Part shown: positions 25,661 to 40,564 of the stretch, piece by piece | Numbering within the stretch: the stretch's first letter is position 1 | Layout: every line of letters begins with the position of its first letter | DNA from: the human T2T-CHM13v2.0 reference genome, Homo sapiens | DNA: 64,000 nucleotides | Strand: one strand, 5' to 3' | Assembly (NCBI RefSeq): GCF_009914755.1 | Contig: NC_060930.1 | The notes under the pieces: model-generated | What the model saw: only the letters and a program-made list of their open reading frames with translations | Databases searched by the model: none | What the model was told of the DNA's origin: nothing | Program-made: the position numbers and the translations under genes

Positions 25661-27267
25661 CCTTTCAGATGTGCTTATAAAAACAAGTCAGTGTTCACAT
25701 TTACTGTATTAATAGGAATGTCTTTCAGGGGGAGTTTACAGAAAAAAAAAAATAAACCGAATTAAGTTATGATGACTATATTTTCCATTGTTTTCATTTC
25801 CTTAAAAAAGGAAAGGCTGTTGAACTTGTGAGTTCTGCAGTCTATGGTTTTGAAGCTAAGTTATTACACACAAGCTACCTTGTGTGAACATGGAAAGACC
25901 TTGATATATTACTTCTTTGTTACAATCAGCAGTAAGTGCCACTTAGCATGTCTGGCTACTTACAGAGTGAAATAATTGCTTAGGAACCTAGAACTGCTTA
26001 TTTAAAGGGTGGGAACTCAATATTTAATTACTGAACCAAAAAGCACCTCAGCTTTACTGTGGGAAATCTCATGCAATGCACTGTTAGCCTTCAGGTGGTT
26101 TCTCAGCCCAATTCTTCATTACTCTCCAGAATCCTCTGGAACTTCCCTTCTGTTATGACATAAAGGTATCTGTCTTGGTGAATCTGGATCAACAAGGAAT
26201 GGCAGATCTCTATACTAGAACAAGGCTGAAGGAAGCAGACCATTTCTGCAAAATAAGAGTTTATCTTTGTCATAAATACTTTAGGTTGACATGGTTCTAT
26301 TATATCAGGCTCGTTGGTCCCAGGAGGTTGCATTTTTCCTAAATGTGCGCCGTTAAGGTATTGTGTGATTGAGGAGGGGAAGAAGGCTGGATGGGAAATC
26401 ATGCAAAGACAAGTGCATGTGGTAGAGAAGCTTATAAACGGAGTCATTTTCATGTTTAACAGGAGACCACGTTTCTTAATCTCTAGATATCCAGTATCTT
26501 CTTGAATGAGCTGTGGTATCACTTTAAAAGATGGGATTTTTAACATTTTTAATGACCACTTCAAATTCTCCACCAGCCACGGCATAGTTGTGTGGGTTTT
26601 TCTTTTCAATTTTGGTATAATCACCCAGATTACATTTCTCTATGAGAAACATTCACCTCGCATTTTGAAAAGCATAGAAAAATTCACTGCCAAGGACTAG
26701 CTGGCCAACAGTAGCCCTAGGGAGATATATTTCCGTTCTCCCACCCAGCCTCTCTGCACCCATCCTCACAATGACATACACCATAGTGGAAGTAACATAT
26801 GACTTATGGTGGGAAAAAAAATAACAAATGATAAAATGGGAAGGAGGGCAAGGGGAAAATAGAGAGACTGCTACCCCACCACCTGAATGGAAGGGGACCC
26901 CAGCACAAGGAGGAGGCTTCAGCTACACTGCACACATGTCCCCCGGGTGTCTGAACCTGCCAGAAATCTCTTAGTCCATTTTCCTCTGGTTGATAGCACT
27001 GCAGAGAAATTGTTTAATGTGTGTCTAGGGTATTGTTCATTGAGGAAAAGTTCAGGGAATAGACTATTAGAATTCATTAATCTCCACTCAAAAATTGGTT
27101 TTGGACACCTAAAATGAGCAAGGCCCTTAAAACTTCAAACAAAAAAACAAACAAAAACCACTTTTCATTATATCCCATGTTCTTATTACCCATTTTTTTT
27201 TTAATTCCTTTCCCCAGATTTGAAAAATGGAAAAACTACAAACTGGAAACAAGTTTAGAATACCTGG

Positions 27268-27273
27268 TTTATT
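27268..27273 (-). terminator. Proximal polyadenylation signal AATAAA
   Basis: TTTATT on +. Followed on the minus strand by a T/GT-rich downstream element (TTGTTTCCAGTTTGTAGTTTTT). Confidence 0.7.
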
Positions 27274-28509
27274 GGGAAAACTTCATAATGAAAACTACAA
27301 TTAGCTTTTTCCACAACTTACAAAATAATAATCTGATATTTAAAATGAATTGGTTTTCATTATGTAAGTCGAAATGGTAAAAAATCATAATGACCTATCC
27401 GATGCATCATATATATGCTATTCAGAGAAACTCAAATCCCCGAATTCTCCTGTGGCATGTTTTATATCAGACATTTAAAATCTGTTTACCAAGAAAGACC
27501 AGGATTTTAACTATATGTAGGTTTCTGCTTACAGTTGCAAACTATCAGAAGCCTGTCTATATGATAGAGCCCAGATAAACCTGAGATTTAGAAAAGCAAG
27601 TCATTTATTCTCCTGAGGCTGTTTTAGTGGCACTTTTGTGACAAGAATGACCCTCCTAATGCTTTACTACACAACTTAACCAGATCTATCAGTCATGATA
27701 AATTAGACCCAGTCCATCTTTCAATCCAGTCTACTCTGGTTCTGAACATATAAACACAAAACACTACAGATTTATTAATATAGCATTTTCCCACACCCTA
27801 ACCCTATAAAGAACTTTAAAAGAGAAAATTTCATCTAAATATTTCACACTTAAAGGAAAGCCTTACCAACTATGGCAACAGGTTTGGACCATGAAATAGT
27901 ACTTTCCTAGATGACATATCGAGTCAACATGAAGCCTTAGCTAAAATGAATGATTCAGGATATTAATGAGAAATTCTCACAAATGATATGCATTTAGGAA
28001 ATGATTTTGCTTTCCTTAAATAGTTCGAAGGCTTGAAAATAAACTTTTTTTTTGCATTTCTTTTAGAATGTTTGGTCATTAACAACTTTTAACCTTATCT
28101 TCCTCTTCTCCTTAGCCCTTAACAGACCGAGTCCATTCTATTTGGAAATAACAAGAACTTGATCAGATTATTAAATCTTGGAAACCTCATTTTTACCTTA
28201 TAAAGTGTTAAGTTTCACGTGCATATTCTCTTACAAATGTAGTATAAATGTTATGGATAGATATAAGGAAATATTGGCATAGTATAGGTAATTAGTGAAA
28301 AGACACAACTTCACAAAACATAATAAAAGATAAACATGAAACTATAACACTACTTAAAAAATATTTTCTCCCAAATTATTTTAGCATTTTTGACTAGTTT
28401 AATAATATGAACACTGCCAAAAAATGGGTTCAAAGTCGCCTGGAGAAACAGTTTCTTCTTCTGGAGTCCATCTCAGCAGCAGCGATTTTCTCCCACATTC
28501 ATTCCCAAG

Positions 28510-28809
<300 letters not shown>

Positions 28810-30582
28810 TTACCTCCTTCCACCAAGTTTCTGCCTTGAAATAAGTATAAAATCTACCTGGAGGCAGGAGGAATCTGGTTAGGCAGAGGCCAAAAAAGAT
28901 TCTTGACTACTGTGTGTAAGAGATGCCTGGCACTGAGCAGCATCACACACATATGCCAAATATGTGAAAAACACACAAAAAAATCATTGGAGATCCATTC
29001 TATATTACATAAGCATTATATATACTAAAGCAAAAAAGTGCAAAACTGTGGCATACAATAGAAAGCAGGACAGTAAAGAACAACCTATTTTTTTCATCTT
29101 TGTGTTTCCTATACCAAACACATATTCAATATGTTCAGTGTTAGCAAAAATTACATATATATATGTATATATACACACAGGCATGCACACATGACTCAAT
29201 ATTGATATTCAATAACACATCACTGGAATATTCATTCAATAAGTAAATGACTAAATGAAACAATGAACTAATATTGAGAATGATCAAGGGGAGAATCCGC
29301 AGAGAAGCCTGCAGAGGACGCGGAAATCTGAAGAGGAAACAGACGTGGAGGGAGGGCAGGGGGAAGGGCATGGGGAAGTGTGGTGGGGACAGAAAAAACA
29401 AAAGCAGCAAATGATCACAGTGCTTAGGGAGGTGTGAGTTAAGATGTGGAAAGAAACACATGAAGATTTCTAAACTCTCTGGCATAATAGTCACATTATT
29501 ACAATTATTAATCTTTGTAATAGTATTTAAGCAATTTCAAACAAAATGAACATTATTGAGTCTACTTTCGTGGTCTTTTTCAATGGACATGCATGATTTT
29601 ATAAAGCTACAATGAGTATATACATGTGTGTTCTGCATCATTTTAACTTTATATGTACATTGCCATGTCAAAGGGTCTGATTTTAGCTCTTTCACCATAA
29701 GACACTACTCTCCACAAGGAGGGACCAAGTAGCTGTGCCCTCCAGGAAGGTATCAGGGAATCTGTAGTCCTCACCACCATTTTTTCTACCATCTTAATTC
29801 TTGTCTACAGCTCCACAGATGTACCTTGAAGTAGTTTTCTTTTTCTTCTTCATTTTTTTTTTTCACTGCTAGAAAGGCTATAGATGTTTCTGTGTCTTCA
29901 TTTGTTGCTTCTAATTCTTAACTAAACATTCCTCTTCTCTTGCAATTTACAAAGGACAATCTTAGGGCAAATCTTAAACATTTATCTACTTCTGGTATAC
30001 TTTAAATAGCAATCTCTTACTATTTAAGTTTGTCATTTGCTACCACATACTGTGTAAGATACAAAAGCAATGCTTTTCTATGTTGACTTCTAATTTTCTT
30101 AGTAATAAATATTAAATATTGCTATTTATCGATTCTGGCTCATCATATATGAAGTCCTTATAACAGTTTGGATTAATTTCTGCCAAATTTAAATTGTATC
30201 AGTGTTCAATTTTTCTGATGTTTAATGTAAGAATATATATAAAATTTAAAATAACAGTTTCTATGAAACATACCTTAAAAGTCAAATAGGCCTTATTCAG
30301 CATTACTACTAAAAGTGTGTTGAGATTTCTAGGCTTTTTATTCTTCTAAATACATTTTCTGTTCTATTTTTCATACTCTTTAAAGGAAAGGATGAGTATT
30401 AAATTACAAAATGAAAACACTAGGTTAAGCCGACTGTTAAGCTGTAAATCTGTTGAAGCTCACTGAACTAATTTTCTTTACAACAATAACTCTGCTACCC
30501 CGTCACTGTGGATGGCCATTGCTAGATCTTTTTGTTTTAATGCTACAAGAAAGCAATGGATAAAAGAGTTTTACTAGGATAT

Positions 30583-31143
30583 TTTTTATTCTGGTAAAAT
30601 ATATATAACATTTATCATTTTCACTTTCAATTGTTCACTCTAAGTGTACAATTCAGTGGTATTAAATGAATTCACAATGTTGTATAACCATTACCACTAT
30701 CTATACCCAAAACTTTTTCATCTGTACATAAACTCAGTATCTCTTAAAAAATAACTCCCCATTCTTCCCTCCCCCCAGCCCCTGGTAACTTTTATTCTAC
30801 TCCCTGTCTCTGTAAATTTGCCTATTCCAGGTAGCTCATGTAAATGGAATAATATATTTGTCCTTCTGTGCCTGGCTTATTTCACTTAGCATAATGTTTT
30901 CAAGGTCCATCATGTTGTAGCATATATCAAAATTTCATTCCTTTTTATGGCTGAATAATATTCCACTGTATGTATATACGCATTTTGTTTGTCCATGCAT
31001 CTGTTGATGGACACTTTGGTTGTTTCCACCTTTTGGCTGTTGTGAATAGTGTTGCTATGAACATGGGTTACAAGTATCTTCAAGTTCTTGTTTTTAATTC
31101 TTTTGGATATACACTTAGGAGTGGAATGCTGGGTCATATAGTA
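30583..31143 (-). mobile_element. L1MB 3' fragment in PERP intron 2
   Basis: Antisense L1MB 3' end flanked by direct repeat TTTACTAGGAT (TSD). Confidence 0.85.
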
Positions 31144-31171
31144 TTTACTAGGATTTTTCAACTAACATTAA

Positions 31172-31489
<318 letters not shown>

Positions 31490-32821
31490 TAGTGTGTTAT
31501 TTCTAATGGTGATTTAAACTGGCATCTATGGAGTTTTCTACGACACATGAAAGGAAGACACATCAAATGTGTTTCTTTGCTAGAGTCTCATAAATGTGAA
31601 CTACAAAAATAATCAAGTAGAAATGAAAGTGGGCATCAACCAGGTTCTTTATATCTTTTGTGATTCCAAGTCACTTCTGATTTTAAAATATTATTCAAAA
31701 AGCAAACTTTGAAAATATGAGGATCAGAAACTTTATTTTTAATCAACAGAAACTGTCAAATGTGCCGTGAAGAAGGCCAGGACTGTGCATGTACCAGCTG
31801 GTTCTTTGAGGCACTCCTCCTGCCTCGCCTGTGTTGCCCACAGCTCTGCGAACTTAACTCTTCTAAGCTCAGGGAACCGGCGCAAAGTGGCCTTCCTCCT
31901 GGCTCATGCATGATCATATAGACCCCTTAGAGTCATAAGGCTTCTGACCTGTTTCCAAGACCATCTGCTCACTTTGTATTTGTACCTCGGGTCTGTAGCT
32001 TGAATTTCTGCTTTGGTCCCATAAGCCTAAACTGGTAAGAAATGACCTGAGGCCTCGCTTTGCCGCTGTCAGCACCTTCTCTTTTTTCCCTGCTCAGAAA
32101 GTCCAGTTTTACTTCTGAATCTAACTCCGTGGCTAGGGTCCTGCCCCTTTGACAGATTTCCTTAGTGCCACAGACCTGACTAAAATTTCCAATAATTCTT
32201 CTCCTAAAATCCTAGTTCTTGTATTCCATCAATAAATATTCACACTGGGCCCTGCACACCTGAATAACTAAATTTCTTCACATCACCTGTGTCTGGACCA
32301 CTATTCCCCCCACACAGGCACCATGCTGCAGATTCCAGTTCTGGCCCCTCCCAGGGTCTTCCATCCCACGGCAGAACACCATTTCAGGACCCACATCATA
32401 AGATCACAAGCCTCTTTCAACAAGGGAAATAGTTCAGGGGCATTCAGGTCCCCTCAGCAGGGGGCTCACAGCAGGCCAGGGCTGGGGACCACAACGGAGA
32501 GCACTGCTTTTCCAGGGCTGACATAGCCTAGTTTCTCGGGTAGAGGAGTCAGTGGATAGGGCCCCCTAAGAGAGATAGGGGCATGTAGAGTGACAATCCC
32601 TGTCACTCGGATGGGGACTACAGAACACTGCATGAGCCACAAGAGGAAAGGGAACCAGATCTTAAAACACATCTCTCCTCTGTTACTTCTGCCCTGGTGA
32701 TACATTTTCCGAGAACAGATTAGAAACTGTAACAGTCACGGGTCTTCTTTGTGGAATTGACCATTACTAAGTCGATGCCCACTGAAGGCATAAATGAAGA
32801 ATTGCTGACACACAGTCTTAC

Positions 32822-32962
32822 CAGCCAAGGCAAGGAGACCTCCAATCACTCTCAGGAAGACAAGCATCTGGGGTCCACAGAGGGCGAAGAAGGAGAGGAT
32901 GAAACAGATCACCAGGATGATGAAGCCACAGAAGAGCATGGCAGCCGCTGCTCTACCCCACG
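32822..32962 (-). CDS. PERP: PERP coding exon 2 (141 nt; [14 protein letters not shown]...GGLLALA)
   Basis: Polypyrimidine tract plus CAG acceptor at 32965-32963. Donor G|GTAAGA at 32821. Phase 1-1, in frame with exons 1 and 3. Confidence 0.97.
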
Positions 32963-33507
32963 CTGCAAGAAAAAAAGAAACAGCAATTAACAAGACAGAC
33001 ATACCAAGTTTAAAAATTACTTATCACAGTATCAACATGGTTTTGGGCTTTTTTTCCCTACTAGTTACATTTGGATGGAGGGACAGTTTTTCTTTTGACA
33101 ATACTTGAGCATCTCCATATTTTAAGGGAAGAACAGGCAATTCATATGTAGGACATTAATATACTGAGACTCAGAAATGCCTTTTCCCCCTCAGTTTTTG
33201 GCAAAAGTTTACATCTCTGAAATGAAAGTCAAACTTCATTAATCTGTTTCTCGTGTGATAAGTTTGCCACATAACGGGTATATTTATAAGGTTCACCCAA
33301 GTTCTGACACAACGTGATCATAATAAACAACATTTTTGGTACTGAACAATCCAGATTATAAACTCTAGGAAATGTTTTTAAATACCTTTAAGGGATCTTT
33401 GTTTCATATTAATGTTTGGTTCTATGCAAAAATAATCATTGAAAAAATATATTTATGACTAGGCAGAGGTGTTAAATAAAACAATTTAAGTGTGGAGAAG
33501 TAGCTCT

Positions 33508-33559
33508 GATCTTATAACAAGCTTATAACTAGCTTATAACAAGATCTTATAACAAGCTT
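33508..33559. repeat. Short tandem repeat of ~11-bp unit CTTATAACAAG (x4)
   Basis: Read directly. Confidence 0.85.
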
Positions 33560-33879
33560 GGGAGCAAACCACTTTCCTAAATTTCTGCCTAAATTTTAAT
33601 TTCTTAAGTATTCAAAATGTATTGCACAAGAGATTTTAATTATTTACCTTTGCCCTAAAAAAGAATCAGGATTTGATGGCAATCAACTTCTAGGTTTGAA
33701 GACCTACATGGGCACCTCCAGCCCTGGGTCATTCTATTCTACACTGAGGAAATACAGAGATCCATGCTATCCACACGAATGATTCCAGTCAACAACACCT
33801 ATTGTTCAACCTGCCCTCATTGCTAAAACCCCTTCACACACAACCTTTCCTCTAGTGGTAACACCTAATAACATTCAGG

Positions 33880-34610
33880 ACATGCATGAGCTCACTGAAT
33901 CCTCACAACAACTTTTTTTTCCCAGGTTATTTTTTATTTTTATATATATTTTTTAATTTCAGTAGTTTTTGGGGTACAAGTGGTTTTTGGTTACATGGCT
34001 GAATTGTATGATGGTGAAGACTTTAGTGCACCCATTACCTGAGTAGTGTAAATCTCCTAATAACTTCTTAAGGTACACACTGCTATTGTTTCTATTTTAG
34101 AAATGAAGGATATACTTAGAGTTCAAATAACCTGCCCATAGCCACACAGCTGGTAAATGGTTTAGACAGAGTTTGATTTCAGCCTGTTTGAATCCAAAAC
34201 ATGACTTTTTTAAAGATATAATTTACACACTATAAAGTTCGCCCTTTTAAAGTGTATAATTCAGTGGTTTTTACTATATTCACAGTGTTGTACAACCATC
34301 TCCACTAACAATCCAGAATATTTTTATCGCCCCGCAAAGAAACCCCGTGCCCATTAGCAGTCACCCTCCATCCCCTCTTCCTCCAGCTTCTGGCAACCAC
34401 AAATCTACTTTCTGTCTCTATACCTTTGCCGATTTTGGACTTTTCATATAAATGGAATATCATACACTATGTGGCCTTTTGTGACTGGCTTCTTTCACTG
34501 AGTATGGTATGATGCGGTTTGTCATGTTATAGCATCAGTCAATACTTCATTCTTTTTGTGGCTGATTAATATTCTATGGTATGGATAGACTTTAGTCTAT
34601 CCGTTCATTT
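33880..34610 (-). mobile_element. MIR interrupted by an L1 3' fragment (~33925-34050), followed by an L1MB 3' fragment (~34205-34610)
   Basis: TTTTTGGGGTACAAGTGGTTTTTGGTTACATGG; AAGTGTATAATTCAGTGGTTTTT..TATATTCACAG. Confidence 0.7.
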
Positions 34611-35534
34611 GCTCTTGGAAGATCGTGCACACTTAACCTATTAGTCTTCACTACATTTGAAAAGGAGAGTCATGAGTCACCTGTCCTCCATCTTGGCGTT
34701 ACTCTTACTCTGTGACGCAGCACAGCTGACAGTATTTGTCCTCACTTAATTCTAGGTTGTTTGACTGGTCAAGGTGAAACAAAGATGGGGCTGGCAGAAA
34801 GAGCAAGGGTGTTGGAGCTGCTGGACCTCGTTTGGACCCTGCCTCTGCCCCTGTTGGCCATACTCCAGTCTTTGCATCTGTTAGCCAAGGCTAAAAACAC
34901 CTATTCCAAGATGATGGAAGCACACTCCTGTAGTATCAGTGACTAACTCCCCAGCCCTCACTACTCAAAATGTTCCTCCTGTGTCCCTGTGACTTTTCTC
35001 TAGTACCTCATGTTTTTATTTTCTTCTACATTCGCAAGGTTCTGCACCATCCCTTAAAGATTGTTTCTCAATCATCTGATGCATTTTTCTCTTTTCATCT
35101 GTTAGAGACAAACCTGAGCTAAGGCTCCACATGCCCTTCTCCAACTCCCATGCACCTTCCAGGTCTTCCTCTAGATTCATGAGTGACTGGGGCACAATAG
35201 ATTATTAAGGAGATAAAACATTTTTCTGTCCTAGAAACACTGTTTTCACACAAATTAGGTCAGGATGGGGCTGAGACTGTACCTGATTTGGCCTAGTTTT
35301 ATACGGACAATTTTTATTACTTTCCTCCAAATCTTCTAGCTCTTCCTGTCAGACCACTGAGAGACTTGAGAGATAAGGTTAAAATGGGAATGTTTTATTT
35401 TAAAATAGAAAGGAATAAAGCCAAAATGTTAAAACTTAGTAAGTCTCTTTTTCTCACTTTTGCCTTGTTCTTCAAGTAAGATAACTTTTAAGAGAAGAGG
35501 GACCATGCTTTGGAAAGAACATTAATTAATCAGA

Positions 35535-35707
35535 CCTCTCAAAGTACAGCCCATAGACCACAAAGGCAAAATAAGCAGTAGTGCTCCTTAAAATGATACT
35601 GATTCCTGTGCCTCCCTCCAGACCTATGGAATCAGAGCTTGAGTGGTAGCACCCAAGAATCTGCATGTTATTAGTGTTTCTTATATCCATAAAGTTTGAG
35701 AACAACT
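35535..35707. mobile_element. MER5-type hAT-Charlie MITE
   Basis: TCTCAAAGT...GATTCCTGTGCC..CCAGACCTA.GGAATCAGA...AAAGTTTGAGAAC. Confidence 0.65.
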
Positions 35708-37008
35708 TAGATGATTAAAGTCCTTATTAAAACAGATGCAGCACTACCAAAAAGGATCATATAACTTTAAGTATGTGACCCATTGTCAATTACAGTCTCA
35801 TTTCTTTAGTTTTTTTTAAATGGCCACTGGTAATTGTTAAGTTCAATTAAGTCCAATAGTTAAATCAAATAAGCAAAAACTTTTTTTTAATTTTATGAGT
35901 TCACAAGTTTGAAACTGCAATGAAAGGAAACATATCTATATATGCATGTAAAAGAACGCAAACATAATAAAAATCATTGCATAGGAGAATGTGAGTTTTC
36001 CATAAAAACAGGCAAAACCTCCTAACAAGGAATCTATTTCAATAACTAAACTTTTACAATCACAGATAAAGGTTTGAAAAATCTAGCCAAATAAATTATG
36101 TATGATATTTCTGTAAAGAGTAATATTAACAATTTTACCTATTTGAGGAAAATTAACATAAAAAGATTATTACTATTATACTTCCTCTAACATTATAGCT
36201 GAAGTATAATTTATGCTTAGTTTCAAGTGCTTGGAAGGAATTAAACCAAAGAAATGGTAAGCCAATTCACCTAACCTAAAGCCAAGACGTGAACATAAAT
36301 ATAGGAATATTTTAAGAACTTTTCCCATGCTATCTTAACACGACTCAGTTCATGTCTTGCTTATTTAAAGTGCTGAGTCTAAAGAAAATCAAAATGGAAA
36401 ATTAAACCACATTTTGTCTTGAGAAAGACTGCCTTGGAAATAGAACGTGTAAAACCTGCTCCTTGCATCACAGAAACACCCACATTGAATCACTTAACTA
36501 TCATTTAAGACAGAAAACTTGGCACAGTTCTAAAGATCCTGACTGATGAATAACAGACGTCTTCAAGTAAAGCAATCTGCCTTCTCATGTCAGTGACCAT
36601 TTAGACCATACCAGGTCTGAGCAGGGTCCTCCCAGCCCACCGTTCTGTCTGAGAAGGAGCCTTTCAGATGTAGAGACTTAGGACATGGGTATTCTCGATG
36701 ACCTACATTTTGAAAAGTTAATAACTTTATGCCCTAGGTAGCTGTGGTCTCACTTAGTTACCTAGAATGAGCCTACTTTCTACAAATTGACCAAACCCTT
36801 TAGGAGCTGTTTATATTTTTATATTATATCATGGTCTAAATTCTACCCTATTTCCCGACCCCACTGGAAAACATCAATTTTTAGAACTTGTCCTAAAGCT
36901 ACATCTTTCATGATTCAATAGATGGTCCTCAGTTTTTCAAAGGCAGACTGTCCATCTTTATCTAATACGAACACAAGTTTGTCTTTCATTACTATTTTAT
37001 ATACCAGA

Positions 37009-37010
<2 letters not shown>

Positions 37011-37047
<37 letters not shown>
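37011..37047. repeat. (TG)18 microsatellite in PERP intron 1
   Basis: Read directly. Confidence 0.95.
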
Positions 37048-37049
<2 letters not shown>

Positions 37050-37556
37050 GTGTATGGGAGAGAGTAGAAAGGATTCTTATTGTCAACTCTCATTCTCTGG
37101 ATTGAGACCACAAAAGCATTCAGTACTCCAGGTAAATAGATGCTGCGTTTCTGTGTAGGAAAGTTTTTGTTTGTTTGTTTTATTTTCTTAAGGGAAGACC
37201 AATTTGGTGTCCTAACTTTATTTTCTAAGTACCATTTAGAAAAGCTCATGTAATCAAAGAAACCAGCAGCATTATAAATCCAATTTAAGTGATATTCATT
37301 AGATGAACAACAGCTTCTCAAAGTTTCCTAGCCCTCGCAAAGATTCAACATTAAATCAAGAACACGGAAACCATTTAACGATCACCAACAAAACTGAGTT
37401 TTTCCTAGGACGTGTTTTTAAGGTTTCTGTATGACAAAGCATGCTGTATTTTTTTCCAGAAATTACATACAAAAACGCAAAATGTTACAAGGCTAGTAAG
37501 ATCAACTAATAAGAGCAAAAAAGTAAAAATAAATAAATACTTTAAATGTCAAGCTA

Positions 37557-37850
<294 letters not shown>

Positions 37851-39289
37851 TCAAGCTAGAAATGATAAACTGAAGCTTGAGAAAATAAAATAAACTTTTA
37901 TTTTAAGACAAGAAGAACATCATTAATATTTTTTAAATTGTTGGTGATACTTTGGAGACGATCACTAAGTTTCCCCCCAAAGGTAGTCCTCCTCTTCATG
38001 AATCTGCTGCATTCTTTGGTAGTTTTAAACGACGCCCTTATGACACTAATGTGGCACCCAACCAGAGTCCAGTCCCTTTCCAGAATACAGGATTCATCTG
38101 TCAATAATACCAAAGATTCTGTATCATCCAAGATTTTGTCAGATTCTTCATATTGTTTCTATAAGGCTCTTTAAGCCAAACACAGGCAGAATTGAAAACT
38201 GGATAAAACCACAGTTCAAAAAATTAAAAAGATCCTGCCTACAACTAAATGTAAGCATAGGAGAATGATATATTCAAAAATATAGTTTTGCATAGTCAAT
38301 GAGGAGGTAATCTGCAGTGATTTGGCCAGTGCTTCTGAAACTTAAAAGTGCTTACCTCCTCCGGGAAGTAGTTAAAATGCCGATTCCGATCCTTAGGCCA
38401 GCATGAGACACTGGACGTCCAACAACCACCCAGATAATTCTGCTGTCCTGGTTTGCGACACTTAGAGCAGCAAAAATCTAGAGGACAACTCATAGCAGTC
38501 CCCCCCAAAAAATACATAAAAAGACACCATTCTGCAGAAGTTCAGGAAGGCAGTTAAATGGCTCAACAGAGAGATGGCAGGGAGAATACACGGGAGAGCA
38601 TTCCACAGATGGTGTGAGATTCTTTACATGCTCTGCATGGTCTCATGAAACTGACTACTCCATTGCTCTCTGTTACTTTAACCCTTAATAACCTTCTTTT
38701 AGACGATTTATCTAATCAACGAGGGGAGAAGCCATTCTATACAGGACAGGGTGAAAACAGGAAAAGTCAATCTAAAGACAACTAGCAGTGAATTTGGGGT
38801 CTACCCTCAAATATTTGAACATGTGTCAATGAAAGAAAGCTGGAAAGTAGGAATTACACAGCTCTGTCAGTTTAAGAGAAGGACTTGGAAACAAACTATC
38901 ATCCAGGCAACAGAACTAAGTTGTTGAATAAGGGACGAAGCTTAGTCAGGGGTGCTATGGATGGGTGCAGGCTTTGGTGAAAGCTTGAATCTGGTGTACT
39001 TTAATTCCCTTCTAATTATAACATCCCAGTAGTCTGCGTCCCTTTACAGGACAAACACGAGTTAGGGGACACTGAGAAAGGAACCGAGGCTCTCTGGGGT
39101 GGCTACTGCTGAGTGAGGCACATGTGGAATGAATGGCCTGGACTAGATTACTGGGTCTTAAACGTTCTAGATGTTATAAATCATACGTACTTTTAAAAAT
39201 TATTAAATCAATAGAGTGGCCAACTTTTTATTTTTTGCTGTGTAAGAACTTGAATGCATACATGCTCGTGCAAAGAGTAATCTGTCTGC

Positions 39290-39597
<308 letters not shown>

Positions 39598-39616
39598 CTA
39601 ATGCCTAATTTCATAA

Positions 39617-39926
<310 letters not shown>

Positions 39927-40009
39927 AGGAACAGTTTAATACCTTTCCCTACCCCACTCCCCACTGAAAAAACCACAAGGGCATAATCTCAAAATGAAGT
40001 CCTTTCAAT

Positions 40010-40220
40010 CAGTGGTCCCCAACATTTTTGGCACCAGGGACCAGTTTCAAGGAAGAAAATTTTCCTTGGTTTTGGGATGATTCAAGTGCATTACCTTTAT
40101 TACACACTTTATTTCTAGTATTATTACACTGTATAATATATAATGAAATAATTACACAACTCACCATAATGTAGAATCAGTGGGAGTAACAGTCTGTGGC
40201 CTCAGGGTTGGGGATCCCTG
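40010..40220 (+). mobile_element. MER1B-type hAT-Charlie element, internally deleted
   Basis: TIRs CAGTGGTCCCCAAC... and ...GTTGGGGATCCCTG; MER1 core TTTTTGGCACCAGGGACC. Confidence 0.85.
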
Positions 40221-40544
40221 CTTTAAGAGGAATTTAGACTAATGTGAACTATTAACTTGTACTTACTTTTCTTATTTCTTGTACATTGGAGAGCCACAGG
40301 GCTAACTGACCTAAAACTATTTCATGTAATACTGATTCTTTGACTTGGCCAACAGCGATTTCATGTTAAAAACAAACAAAATATTGATGCATTTACAGTA
40401 TGCAAAGGGTGTCTTTGGTTAAAAAACAACAAAAAACCGGAGGCTTTGTACTTCCCAGTTTGGATTCAAGGCAAATGCTCGTCAATCCTCACTGACTCCC
40501 TGTTTCACTCTGGTGCACAAACTTATCACCATTATTCTCCCCTT

Positions 40545-40564
40545 GAACAAGCTGGAGCTTGCCT
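40545..40564. promoter_or_regulatory. p53/p63 response element in PERP intron 1
   Basis: GAACAAGCTG GAGCTTGCCT: two RRRCWWGYYY half-sites, 0-bp spacer, one mismatch. About 3.3 kb inside intron 1, consistent with the described intronic p53 site of PERP. Confidence 0.85.

Larger units (their letters stand above)
24965..28509 (-). other. PERP: PERP 3' UTR (short form to ~27250, long form to ~24965)
   Basis: AT-rich, largely repeat-free sequence after the stop. Minus-strand AATAAA at 27776-27771, 27273-27268 and 24991-24986. Confidence 0.65.
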
